Assembly: GCF_001194135.2 (NCBI RefSeq)
Contig: NC_068989.1
Coordinates: 55,508,651 to 55,572,650, forward strand
Length of the DNA stretch: 64,000 nucleotides
From: Octopus bimaculoides
Taxonomy: Eukaryota
Reading direction: 5' to 3'
In this document: positions 51,641 to 64,000 of the stretch, piece by piece
Layout of the letters: every line of letters begins with the position of its first letter
Position numbering within the stretch: position 1 is the stretch's first letter
Program-made: the position numbers and the translations under genes
The notes under the pieces: model-generated
What the model was told of the DNA's origin: nothing
Databases searched by the model: none
The model's input: only the letters and a program-made list of their open reading frames with translations

Positions 51641-53021
51641 ATTTACTTTCCTTTGCTTTTTCATTGCTATTTAAACATTTTACATCCATTTTCCATAACA
51701 GCAAGAGATAGAGGGTTTAAAAAATTTTTTTTTATTTTATTTATCTTCATATGAATTGCTGGAGTAAATAATTTTTATAGCTGGATATCTTTTACTAATC
51801 TTCACTAATTAAACCAGAATGCAAGATAACTAGCTTGACTGAGGCAAGTATTTTTCAAAATTATCAGAAGCACATACCACTATGGCTGTAACAAAGACTA
51901 ATTTCGAAACATTCCAGTTATCGCACAACCTAACTCAGCAACCATGAAATCTAAAATCTGAGTGGAAACTTTAAACTGAACCAATTGATAAGGCAAGTTC
52001 TATACAACTTCCATAGTTGTGCCTAAGCTAAGTTACTATTCAATCATTTGGTCTAAAGTGGTAATTTTATACAGCATCTTAAGTGCAAGTAATGCCTGGG
52101 TTTTCACTGACAACATATGTTAAAATATAAGAAATTACTTTGGCAAACTATCATATGAGAGGAGATACTTATCTTTCTCAACAGTTATAGCAACCAAATC
52201 ACCTGCAAACCACACACTACATCATCATCATCAACAATGTCCGGTTTCATGCTTGCATAGGTTGGATGGTTTGACAGAAATTAGCAAGTTAGAAGACTGC
52301 ACCAGGTTTCAAATGCCTGGTTTGGCATGTTTTTTTTACAGCTGGATGCCCTTCCTAACACCAGCCACCCCACAGATGGACTAGTCATAAAAAAAAATTA
52401 TAGATACCCAAGATAATGTATTCTCAGATACTTTATGCCTTAAAACTTAACAGAAATAAAGGGTGGTCACAACTGGAATGTTTGTCAATTTAATCAGGGC
52501 TGAGCCGGAGTAACAACATCTCATTACTACAAATTGACTCCAGACTATTCACAACTATCAAGCTGGCTTCTCTCTCTATCATTTCTACCATTTGTTCCAT
52601 ATGCTCTTCTCTGCACATGAACAGAAATGTGAAAGAAACTGTGTAGTGGAGTTATTATTTAAGTTAGGGTACACCCATTAAGTATATATTAGTCACTCAA
52701 TGAATAAAGAACTATTAGCAGTGTATTTTTCACTCAGTAAACTTCTATAGACTCCATAATTGTATGTAATGAATTTCCATCAGTTTTATTTACTAAGCTC
52801 TTATCGGTCACTCTCAGTGATTTTTAGCTATGTAAATCCTGATGTATGCAGTCCCTAATACATTGACAGTAAGCATAATGGAAACTCCAAGCCAACAAAG
52901 AAAGCATTATGTGGTTGCTGAAACATCTAAGAATAGCAGTCAAATCTCCCTCAAATCACATACTATACTGTCTTAAATGAAGGGAAAATACACTGGATAA
53001 TGTAATCTTAAATATACTAAA

Positions 53022-53220
53022 CCTTTTAGCATTCAAATTATTCTATCAAATGTAATGCTTATTTATTCACATTGTTTTGAATTAATCATGCTATGTCAGA
53101 GCTTTGAGATTCCAATGGAATGACATTGTAGGGTAGATGTGAGAGGTCAGATCTGGCTGGTCTGAGCATAAAACAAGTAGAACATTTGGGCTGGATATGG
53201 CCAGTTTAAATGCTAAAGTG
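53022..53220. mobile_element. piggyBac-type (TTAA) MITE, degraded
   Basis: Ends cc(t)tttagcatt / aatgctaaagtg+ttaa; homologous to 59557-59779. Confidence 0.75.
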
Positions 53221-53784
53221 TTAAGCCAAAATGAGATAGGACAGTCATGGCTGGAACACCTATGAGTAGAGGTCTACTCAAAGCTGGTACTAAACAACAA
53301 CAGCAACAAAAACATAGAAACTTTTATTTCCAAGTATAACAAGAAATTACAAAAAGTAAAGTAACTAAGTTGTTAGACTACTAACCACAAGATTATGAGT
53401 TCAAGCTTCATCATAATCCCTATTTTACCTCCAAACAAAATACAATACTTTACATATTTCATACAGTCTAGTTTAACAATAGATTCTATTACAACTCCTT
53501 TACTGAGTAGGTTGGAATAAAGAAAATAGTTGAAAGTCTCTAAATTTACTAAACTGGCCAACCCTAACAAGCATAGGAAGATAGACGAAGAAGTATATAA
53601 AAAAGAAACAAATAACAGTGAAAAATGCTTGTATGTCAACTTTTATTCTGGCTTAGAATATCAGTAAACTGGATTCTATCTAAGTAGATTGAATCAAACA
53701 GATACAGAAAAAGTGAGTAATCCCAAAGAAAATGACAGCAAGAATTGAGTTTGTGCTATTGTAGTTTTATGGCTGTATAGAGGT

Positions 53785-53790
53785 TTTATT
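53785..53790 (-). terminator. Candidate polyadenylation signal AATAAA
   Basis: Plus strand tttatt, downstream of the 53955 stop. The hexamer is common in AT-rich DNA. Confidence 0.22.
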
Positions 53791-53954
53791 TCTTTGAACA
53801 CTTTAGAGAGAAAACCATTGTTTTGAAAGAAGCAGAATTCAGTTAACCTTGAGTGCACCAGTAGTGCGTGAATGTCTGTTGTTGTGGTTCACTGCAACTA
53901 GTAATGCTATACATCATTTGGAAATGCTTAACAACTTGGTGCTGCACATGAAAC

Positions 53955-54070
53955 TCACAAACTTATCCACATGAGAATGCAAAAGCAACAGAGCAGTGAA
54001 GTAATTTTTATCTGCAGTGTCCCATTACATGCAATTGTGGTCTGAAATGCTGATTCAGTTTTCTGAAATT
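53955..54070 (-). CDS. Candidate exon (E)FQKTESAFQTTIACNGTLQIKITSLLCCFCILMWISL* with GPI-signal-like or TM C-terminus
   Basis: Acceptor ttgaacacag| (phase 1); hydrophobic C-terminus; the TGA stop lies inside a gtgagt donor; AATAAA about 165 nt downstream. Confidence 0.4.
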
Positions 54071-55065
54071 CTGTGTTCAACCAGTAAACAGAACAGAGTA
54101 GAAAAATTACAAATAACACTGACAAAGCAAGTATGAAGTATAGCATTCCAAACTGTTCGATAACAGCAAATACTGCTTAGTTCCAGTGAACCAGAATAGT
54201 GAATCAGCTCCGTAGGTGTATAACCTTAAAGTATTTGTATATTGAACTGCACGCAATGGGGCATGTTTGTGTTACATGGCAATGTAAGCAAAAAGGAGAA
54301 ATTAAAATTAGATGTTTGGAGAATAAAGGAGAGAGAATAGGGAAGAAAAGTTGAATTGAATGATCAATTGTTTTATTACAAACAAGGGAATAGACACAGT
54401 AGGTAAATGATTAACACTGTTGTTATCATCATTACTAACTGAACTGAAAACAATTAATTTTGATAATGATTCAGTTTTAAGTACTTGGTATTATAAGTAA
54501 CTATATCTAGCTGTAAAATACTGCTACAGCTGTTGAAAAATCTGGATTTACAAAATTAAACAGGGTATGGTAGTACAGAGACTGTGACTTATTGAGAAAA
54601 GGGTTGGAAGTAAAAACAAAACAAGAAAGGAATATAGATACATAGAAAACCTATTCAATTCTTCAGTGTGTCATTTACTTAAATTGGCTCAGGTTCACAG
54701 TCAGTTGCATTGAACTACTTAGAAACTCACTTTGAAAAGACTGTGAAACTAAACAGGTGGTAAAAATTACATACAAACTCATACATTTGCTCTAAGTGAC
54801 AGGAATAACACCAACTATTGCTACTGTCACATGATTTACTGAAAAACTGAATTTTAGTCACAAATATAAAACACATATTATCATAGTCACTGACAAGAAA
54901 TTCCAAAAAACTTCAATGTTTCAACAAATTGTTTTTGCTAAAATACAAAACTCTCTCTCCTTTCTCTCTTGCTCACAATTACTAACACCATATGTAACGC
55001 AAACATACTGAAAAATTAACATAAATCACTGCCATTAGAGAAAGCCACATATCAAATATGAGAAG

Positions 55066-55107
<42 letters not shown>

Positions 55108-57171
55108 AGGAGGACAATCAGCTCAACTACTTGACACTAAAACAAAAAACAATTAGCAAAGTAATTATTTATCCAAGTTTGAACGCTTTGTACAACCTAA
55201 AGAAAACAAAAGAAAAATTACACTGCAATGGAGACGCAGGAACAAATTTATGGTTTAAAGACAAAAGTGGATGGAGCTGCCAAAGAATACAGTTTTCTTG
55301 ATCGGTCAATTGAGCTGAGAGGCAGATGTTACCTGGACATTTGATGTTATGGTAAGGAGATACTTAAACCAAAACAAACAAAATACAGCAAAAAAAATAA
55401 ATAATAAAAGAAAAAAAACATTATATGACACACAACATGGTAGAACAGTGGAGGGGCTGGACCATTTAGCTAGTCAAGACAATGAAGATTAATCTCTCTC
55501 ATGTTGAACCCAGGGTACAACTTATAACAGCTGAAAGAAATGGTAAAACTAAGCCAGTGGGAAAACAAAGTATCAAGTGAAACAAAACCCATTAAAAATC
55601 AGTTGCCAACGACCGACCAAGTTAAACTTTAAAAATTACGATGACACTTCCTGAAATCATCCTAAGATAGATATAATTCAGCAGAGGATTCTACACAATT
55701 ATTCCAGGAGGCAAATAGGCATGTTAGAGCATTAGTTAAACAGTTTCAGGGTAGTTGTTCTTACCCTTGGTACTCTGAGTTCAAATCTTATCCAGGTCAA
55801 CTTTACATTAAGGTTCTTTCAGAGTCAATAAAAAAAAAAAAACACCAGTTCATGGTATTGAACTGGACTTAACTGTAAGGATTTTGCACTAGACACTTTG
55901 CAGTATTTGCTCTGGCTCTTTGCATTCTGAGTTCAACTCCTACCATGGTCTACTTGGGTGGTAGACTAATCTTTAACACCACCACCTGGCACCTTAGGTG
56001 ATTCTAAAGGAATCCACTGTTAACAGCATCCAAGCCAGGTCCGCAATTTGTGGATACATCCCTCCTTCTGCTGGTCCCAAAAGCTTTATGAAAAAATCAA
56101 GGCCACAGCCTTGCCCACTGACTAAAAGATAAAAATTAAATAAATTATGAAAAGAAACACTTAGATGATCACAAAAATAGAAGATGAAATCGCAAATTAG
56201 TAAGTATCCAAATCAAGAAAGAACACAAAATATTCTTCTAAATCTTTAGATTATTTAGAGGTCTAAAGAAATATAAAAATATGTAAATTATTAATTTATT
56301 GACAGAACTAATATATCGGAAAAGAAAAGTTTAGTGCTAAGCAATTAGGGTTCTAGATGACTGATATGAAGACTATAATCTTAATCAGAAAGGTATTTTA
56401 ATTGCTGTAGCCAACCTCTTCAAAGGCTGGTGCCTTGCTAACTCAACAATAAGGCAAATAACAATACTTGAAGGATAAAATGGAACACCTGCTCCAGAAA
56501 TGCATGTAAATTATCCAAACTTTGCTGGCATGATGAACCAGACATAAAAAAAAAACAAAAACAAAAATTAATAATAAAATGAAAGACAAAAATATACATC
56601 CACTCACTAACAAACTAACACACACTCATACACACATCTCTGTGTTGTATATAGATATATATAGATACACACACACACACACACACAAATAAAATGCATA
56701 TCCTCAATACTTAACATGGCGATTAGCATACTTGTTCCTACCAACAAGAAATTTACAAGCAAAACCTACTACAACTACTACTACTACTACCACTACTGTT
56801 GCTGCTTCTGCTGCTACAAGAGAAGCAACAAACAACAAAAGATAGTTTTAAAAACAAAAACAAAAAACATTTTAAAAAGGTTAAAAAACAATAAGGTGTG
56901 GAATTCAGTAGAAAAACCAGTAATGCTAAGTTGTTTTGATAGGCAGTGACCTTATCAAAACTGTAAGAGATGGCATCATAACACCAACAGCAACTCTTAC
57001 AACAAGTATGAGCAATCAGTTGTCACTTTGTGGACACATCTGGAATTTTCTATTTGATTTCATGCAGCAATTACTAACATGCTAAGCACAGCTATGACTG
57101 ATATACTGCAACATCCATTACCACCCCTCCCCCTCTCTCTCTCTCTCTCAAACACAGTGCAATATCTAGTT

Positions 57172-57260
57172 TCAAAGATAGTTTGTAACAGCAGTCGCAA
57201 TGGGTGGTGGTGCACTGGAGTGATTTTCCATTGCGTTCTCTGGGTAGACAGGCATAAAGT
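57172..57260 (-). CDS. Candidate terminal exon (D/N)FMPVYPENAMENHSSAPPPIATAVTNYL*
   Basis: Acceptor gaattttag| (phase 1); GC-richer, CpG-retaining, protein-like composition. Confidence 0.3.
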
Positions 57261-57477
57261 CTAAAATTCACATGTGAGGTGACTAGGACTGGAAACTGAA
57301 GCAGCGTCATAGAAATAGCTCACCCACTGCTATTCTTTTACACTAATCCACAGCAATACTACAAATATTATCTAAATAAGTTTCAATGGCCCATGGGCAG
57401 GGCTGTCTTAGCAGCATTATAGATTTCTGGGCAAATCAATGCACTACGCCCTACAGAAAGAAAGGACCCCCTTCAGT

Positions 57478-57790
57478 GATGAATAACCATGGGATTGCAC
57501 CTAGAAAGTTACCCTCCAAGGCACAAGTCTGGGCAGGGTTATTTATAAAAAAACAGCAGTCACCCATGCATTCCCTCTCCAGGCTACTGATGCTATCCAA
57601 AGGAAAGGCTAAGGCCAATACAGCTTGGCACCAGTGACATCTCTACTCAATTCTACAGCTGAGTGAACTGGAGCAATGTGAAATAAAGTGTCTTGCTCAA
57701 GAACACAACACACAGCCCAGCCTGGGAATTAAACTCACTACCTCATGATTGTGATCCTGATGCTCTAACCACTGAGCCATGTACCTTCAC
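57478..57790 (-). mobile_element. Family-A SINE, CpG-decayed
   Basis: gtgaactggagcaatgtgaaataaagtgtcttgctcaag..taaccactgagccatg. Confidence 0.85.
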
Positions 57791-57979
57791 ACTAGGCCTT
57801 ATAGTATTTATCAACAACAAACCACAGAGTGCATAGATCGTAATTGAGCACCTAGACCCATGAGGACCTCAGGCAAATACCTAATGTAACTATACATTAA
57901 GACAGTACTGCCCATGAGACAATTTAAATCCAGTATTCTGAACTAGGAAAAACAGCTGTTAATTATACAGTTCTCCAAA

Positions 57980-58185
57980 GGCGGTGAGCTGGCAGAATTG
58001 TTAGCACACTGGGAAAAATGCTAAGCAGCATTTCGTCTGTCTTTAATGTTCTGAGTTCAAATTTCACCAATGTCCACTATGCTTTTTATCCTTTCTGGGT
58101 CGATAAAATAAGTACCACTTAAACACTAGCATTGAAATCTCTGAGATTGCTGGCCTCGTGCCAAAACTTGAAATCATCTATACAG
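57980..58185 (+). mobile_element. Family-D SINE, CpG-decayed
   Basis: ggcggtgagctggcagaattg...gggtcgataaaataagtacc. Confidence 0.85.
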
Positions 58186-58597
58186 TTCTCCTGAATGCTT
58201 AAATCAGTCAACTGTGCAAGTCAATGATACTGGTTTACAAATAGGTGAAGTGAGCTAGCAAGAGATGAGTCTTTATACCCAAGACAAGAGAACATTTACG
58301 ATGGGATGCAAACTACTAATTTCTGAATGGTAGGCAACTAACTTGGCAACCTGTTACAACACTGCAAATGAAACTAAAAAACAATGCACATATGCAAACA
58401 TAGGCACACATGCCTTGTTAGATAGTTCATAATATCTGCTCACTTGTAAAAGAACTTATATTCACCATTACTGTGGCAGTTATCAATCTCATAGACTTCT
58501 TGCTTCTTACCATTCTAGAAAAGAATTTGTACTTTTCTCTGGACTGTTAACACATAATTGTTAAGAGCTGAAATTTTCTGTCAATGGCTCCTTAACT

Positions 58598-58668
<71 letters not shown>

Positions 58669-59405
58669 TCAAATGTCTGTGTGCATATCTACTGTCATTG
58701 CTTTCTCCCCTTCTTTTGCCTATTCCCTTTCTTTGTCTACATGTCTTAAGTTGCTGTGTACTTTCTCCATTTACTGTGTAAAGGCACTCTATTCCTGTGC
58801 TGGTGCCACTAAAAAACGCACCCAATAAACACAGTAAAGTGGTTGGCAAATGAACAAAGAAAACATAAGGTTCTGCAGTCACTTTAGTCATGTCATGCTA
58901 TCTCGTCAATGACCAGTCAACCCTTCTAGTACTAGTGCCACAAATGAAGCACCAAGTGGTTCATGATAGGAAGAGCATCCAGCCATAGAAATCAAGCCAA
59001 ATGACATGTATGAGCACCAATCTACAAAAGCAGTGGCTCATGATAAAGTGACTCTGACTGTGATGACTCATCTAACCCATGTTAACACATGGAATGCAGA
59101 CATAATGATGATGATGATGAGATTCAGTTTGAAGATTCTCATACAAAATGAAGCCAATGTTCACTGTGAGGTATTGAAATGTCCGATTAACTCAATAAAA
59201 CTCTTACTCAACAATTAAACAACCTGTACTGAGTTCTCTTTGTGGTTGGTAGACAAACAGACAGACAGACAGACAGGTGGGTGCATGGGTGGAAGGATGG
59301 ATACATGTGTAACTGTTATGTAACTGTTAATGCACAGTCATTTATTACTTGAACTAGAGGACAAGAATATGTTACGTACACTACCTATTTGCCAAGCTGG
59401 TCTAA

Positions 59406-59842
59406 CCATTTTGCTACCACATTTCTGCTGAAATACACTGTTTTACTTTCAAATAATGAAGAATATATTAATATAACTTCATCATTATTAAGCCTGTGTC
59501 TAGAACATAAATTAACATGAAATATTGATAGGAAGTTTCAATTTAGATCACTTTAACCCTTTAGCATTCAGATTATATTCTGTTGTGCATATTGCTTATT
59601 TATTCATGTTGCTTCGAATTAATCATGCATTATCTTGTAGCATCAAAATTTCAATGATGTGATTGTTTCTGGTTAGAATGACATTGCAAGGTAGCTGTGA
59701 AGAGGCTACATCTGGCTGGTTTGAACAAAGAACAGGTAGAATATTTTGGTCCAATATAGCCAGTTTAAATGCTAAAGGGTTAAAACAAGAAGTTTGTACT
59801 GTAAAACCAAGGGTGGCCTCGGGTGATTTGGTATTAAAAGGG
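59406..59842. mobile_element. Outer piggyBac-type MITE (degraded TIRs) hosting a nested MITE
   Basis: ctaa+ccattttgctacc ... ggtattaaaaggg+ctaa. Confidence 0.55.
59557..59779. mobile_element. Inner piggyBac-type MITE with TTAA TSD
   Basis: ttaa+ccctttagcatt ... aatgctaaaggg+ttaa; perfect 12-bp TIRs. Confidence 0.9.
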
Positions 59843-60349
59843 CTAAGTAAGCCCTTAGTAATAATGGGTTTAAAAGTAGTGTCTCTGGATAATTAAAAGG
59901 GGTATTACACAAGATTAAAATTAGTCCAAATGGTCCCTCTTTTCCTGTCAAAGAGGATATTGTGTATAAAGGCAAATTATTTATAACTGTCAATTGTATG
60001 CAGTGCTGATTTAAATCTATAGTTATATTCCCTAGTACATTATAGCATACACACACACCCACACATGGATTAACATGCATAAATATACAGAGATATAATT
60101 ACAGGTAGGGAGGCACATTTCAATGTAAACAAAGTACAACTGCTTGCTCATTTTTTCTTCTCTTTTCAATTATAATTTCAAAAACAAAGCAATAAGATTT
60201 GAAAGATTATTTAAAATTATCACTGAATCTCTGTGGGTGTCACATACTAACTTTAACTTAAGAATTCAAGGTAGGCATTAAAACTGTATAAACATGGTCA
60301 TTTCTTTTTACAGTCCACATATGTTGGCTTAGTTTAGATTGTGAAAATA

Positions 60350-60960
60350 AATAAATTTATATTGATTTCAAAGTCCATAGATTGACAATGATACAATTTG
60401 TGTAGTTAAATATGGCATCTGAACATTGTTCAGTACAATAAAATGTTAGGATAATGAATATTCTGATTGTGAGTAACAATGTGAAGAAACAGCTGGGAAA
60501 CAGAAAACTTATAGATAAAGAAGAGTTTGATAGAGAAAGGAGTTGAACAATAAGAAAGTTAGTTGATGGAAGGGGAGATAATAGTGAACAGAGAGAAAGG
60601 GTGGGGACAGTAAGGTCAACCATACAAAGCAGAATCATACTAGACACAGATTTCCACCCGATCTACATAAGTCAGGAAACAAGATAAGGGTACTTTTATG
60701 GAAAACACACTGGAAGTATGCAGTCAATATTTTGACTAGTTTCAACCAATTGGCTGGAGAAACGATAGCAATGCTGAGGTATGGAGTGTGAGTTGTGTTG
60801 ACGAGTATCAACAGCCTTGTAGTACAGATCCCAGTTTTTTGTGTGTTTTTTTCTTTTAAGGCTTGCAGCTGTTGGGAAGTGTGAGTGTGCAACATGGTGA
60901 CAAATGGGTTCATAAAATGCACTTCTCAACACTGATCTCAGACTTTACAAAGCTCTGCAT
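60350..60960 (-). mobile_element. CR1-like LINE, decayed endonuclease-region fragment
   Basis: Purine-rich plus strand; decayed minus frames resembling a CR1 APE region. Confidence 0.4.
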
Positions 60961-61039
60961 GAATACCTGAACAGCTGTTGGATAACCTTGGCAACTGAGT
61001 GTAACTTACAGACATATTTATTGCTTTCCATGGATTTCT

Positions 61040-61260
61040 ATCTAACATGGCAAGTTAGTAGCATTGTTAGAGAGTCGGACAAAAGCTTTGCCGTATTTGT
61101 TCTGGCTCTTTCATTCTGAGTTAAATCCGACCAAGATCAACTCTACCTTTCATTCTTCTGAGGTTGATAAAATAAAGTACTTGTCAAGTACTAGAGTTCA
61201 TGGTATCAACTAACCCCTTACCTCTCAAAATTGCTGGCCTTGTACTTAAATTAAAAACTA
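61040..61260 (+). mobile_element. Family-D SINE, strongly decayed
   Basis: ctttcattcttctgaggttgataaaataaagtac core. Confidence 0.75.
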
Positions 61261-62516
61261 TTATCTTTTATAGGTGTCTGAAATATTTAAATAGATAATG
61301 ATATTTTATACAAATCATTAAAATTCTATTGTTATTGTTTAAAATTAAGACCACTTAGAACTGATTCCTAAAATACAGCACTCGCAATCATTGAAACACA
61401 CTGTATTGTAAGTCAACACAGCATACATAGTCAGCAATTGTAACTTACAATTAAATAATGGTTTTAAAAATATGATCAAAAAGTGTATGAATGTCCTGAA
61501 TTTGAAGGTCCAACCAACTGACAAATGAATGTTAAAATCACGCTCCTCTTATACAGAGGTGATTAAATGAAATATTCCAAAGAATATCATAATCAAAATG
61601 GTGGTCCTAGTGAGTAAAATAACAGTAAAAATAAGATAATAAAAATATAACCAAGAAAGCAAATTAAATCAATTAAACAAAGAAAACTTTTAAAAATATA
61701 ACAATGCATACACCAACTGTTTTGTAATGTACTGATGAGCTTTTGTTTCAATAGTTTTTTTCTGTTTTGGGTTAGTTTATTTTTTAAATAAATCTATATT
61801 ATTGCTGAAAGATGTTAGTTTTAGAATAAAAATGACTGGAATGTGAAAAATTACAATGTTAACCATTTTCTGAACCAATGTTTCAAATTTGCAGAATTGA
61901 TTATATGAACTCTAAATTTACCTATTAGAGGTTTTTGTCTTTTGGGAAAGTGTAAAGAATAATAACTACCTTTAGTTCCTAAAAAGCTAAATGTAAAGGA
62001 AAAGTTAGCTAACATTCCCAAGAATCTAAATTGTAATGATGTGAAGAAAGCATCTGTTTTATGACTTCACCATTGTCAATCCTATACTGAATATGATGGC
62101 AAACATTTGTAACAATATTTATGATATTCTGTAATGGCTTTTCAAATACATGTCTCTCCTGCCCCCTAAGGAATCCCACAACTCATTTATAGCCCCTTTT
62201 TATGGAGGATATAAAAATAATTGAGATCCAGGCTAAACTAGTAGTGTTCTGTAGTATTCAGTCAATAGGACATAAACAGTTAAATACAACTTAATCCTAA
62301 CATACTAAAAAAAATAGTTACAAGTATAGCCTGAAACTTATTTAATTCTTCCTCTTCTTCCAATACCTATGAGATAAAAATAAATTAAAAAACCAACTAG
62401 TTCAACATAAAATTGGTAAATAAACTCTGTGGTTGTCTGTTTAGTCCCTGCACACACACACACACACATTTTCAAGTTGAGAAATTCAACACCTCACATA
62501 CACAATACATGTATCT

Positions 62517-62662
62517 TTAGCTGTAAATGTAACATGCTGAATTTATTAGTTTCAAACATAAATATGCTCTACTGCTTCCATATTGAGTACTCTTTTGTTT
62601 GCGCAAGCTAAGGACAGCTATAACAACTACTGCCATTACAAACATAAATCTGAACAAGAAGG
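62517..62662 (-). CDS. Candidate TM-encoding exon (A)FLFRFMFVMAVVVIAVLSLRKQKSTQYGSSRAYLCLKLINSACYIYS*
   Basis: Strong acceptor ctctctttctcag| (phase 1); V/A/I/M-rich hydrophobic run followed by RKQK stop-transfer-like motif. Confidence 0.33.
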
Positions 62663-63023
62663 CTGAGAAAGAGAGAGAGAGGAACAGAAAGTGGGTGAGA
62701 GAGAGAGAGAAAGACAGACAGACAGGCAGACAGAGTATGAAGCAGAGATGAAATGCTGTTCAGTCTAATGACATTCATATTCACCACTTCACAGTAAAAC
62801 AAACAAAAACTCATGACCAGAACACATAGGAAATAACAGCAAGGTCAAGTGATAAAAAACAATAGTGAAAATATATCAGGGTATATTATATATAGATGTG
62901 AACTAAAGAACTCAAGACAACTTATAAAAAAACCAATCCTCATTATTCAACAATGACAGTTAAAAATGTTAACCTACACACACACATACGTACATACATA
63001 CTCAGATAATTGCTATTCCTTAC

Positions 63024-63100
63024 CATTATACCTTCTGTTACAACACCCAGCATCACTATCATCGCATTGGAGTTAATCAACTTTATTTCTCTGCTTTGAA
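63024..63100 (-). CDS. Candidate 77-nt exon xQSREIKLINSNAMIVMLGVVTEGIM
   Basis: Long pyrimidine tract then atatcag|; donor ATG|gtaagg; one open frame (phase 1 to 0). Confidence 0.3.
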
Positions 63101-63886
63101 CTGATATCAGATGCAAAAGAGAAAAAATATTTAAACAAGCAAGAAAATATCAAATTCGCTCAAGTGGATAAAAGAGCACGAATCTATGTGTGCGTGCATT
63201 TCAAGAATCATATTTTTAAGTTTGTTTAACAAAGCACGCCCTTATGTACACACACTGACACATCCAGACACGTACACATTAAGCTAGATACATATACTTA
63301 CTAATAAGTAACCCCACTTCTATCAGATTGCCTTCATTTGATAGCATTTCACAGGTTTATCTGAGCAAGGCTGATTAATTCCAGGAAGCTGGTTCACTGA
63401 AGCATCCAGAATAAGGGTAGGCTAGGAGTGGGCATAGAAAATACTTATGGTTCTACTCTAGGCTTTCTAGACACTTCTTCTTAACTTCACTGAAATTTTA
63501 GTGTAAAAGTTCTTCGAAACCAAAGAATCTCAAAATATTCAGAATTCATTTGGATATTTACAGTCACTCACCAACAAGAACAACATAAAAAAGGTGGTGG
63601 GTAAGTGCACAGTCTGTTCTCTAGCAATGGGAGCAAAAGCAGTTAACAAAATAGCTAACTAAAAGCTTTTCACATATTACAAAGCAGAACAGAGTTGAAG
63701 CATAAGATGTGCATGGTGAAAGATGGAGAATAGGAATGATTGTAACAACAGAAATAAACAAAACATGAAATAAACAGAAATAAACAAAACATGAAATAAA
63801 GACAGAAGAGATTTTGTTTACTTTTTAGCGACTAACAAAAGTTTAAGGTTGACTGAAGGAAGTTAGTCGAACTTTGTTGTGTGTGT

Positions 63887-64000
63887 ATGAGAGAGAGAGT
63901 GTGTGTGTGAGAGAGAGAGTGTGTGTGTGAGAGAGAGTGTGTGTGTGTGTGAGAGAGAGAGAGTGTGTGTGTGTGAGAGAGAGAGTGTGTGTGTGTGAGA
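63887..64000. repeat. Compound (GA)n(GT)n repeat with a period of about 18-20 bp
   Basis: Seen directly. Confidence 0.95.

Noticed and set aside
544-64000. Most supplied ORFs (poly-CV, HT, YI, RE, SL, I, Y, L, S and X-rich)
   Set aside because: They are translations of microsatellites or run through N-gaps, for example 47652-47923, 46551-46854, 48683-49529 and 29372-30118.
1-64000. CRISPR arrays, operons, rRNA, known miRNA or snRNA genes
   Set aside because: Eukaryotic repeat-rich DNA; no repeat-spacer arrays and no sequence I recognised as these RNAs. I could not run a covariance search.

Overview
Eukaryotic, AT-rich, microsatellite-rich draft-assembly DNA with 8 N-gaps (5204-5213, 6186-6434, 13260-13269, 26087-26135, 29434-29848, 37310-37550, 43208-43357, 48871-49361). 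The repeat content (several tRNA-headed SINE families, RTE, CR1 and Tx1 LINE remnants, hAT- and piggyBac-type MITEs) looks like an octopus/cephalopod genome; this is inference from recognition, not a database result. I can name no protein-coding gene, and nearly all supplied ORFs are microsatellite, gap or antisense artefacts. Best-supported features: a decayed Merlin/IS1016-type transposase (minus, about 17.05-18.44 kb) split by a SINE with an intact 13-bp target-site duplication; a Tx1-like LINE 3' end split by a hAT MITE; CR1 and RTE fragments; nested TTAA MITEs. Most interesting observations: (1) a switch from CpG-intact to CpG-decayed sequence near 27.5 kb, suggesting the methylated body of a large minus-strand gene to the right; (2) short minus-strand exon candidates at 32-63 kb that read like alternative GPI/transmembrane C-termini; (3) a 278-bp element at 28.55-28.83 kb with a tRNA-like head, a hammerhead-like core and 28-bp inverted repeats; (4) an unexplained 1.6-kb high-complexity segment at 21.9-23.5 kb. 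All exon calls were made by eye and are low confidence. TE boundaries are approximate unless a TIR or TSD is quoted.
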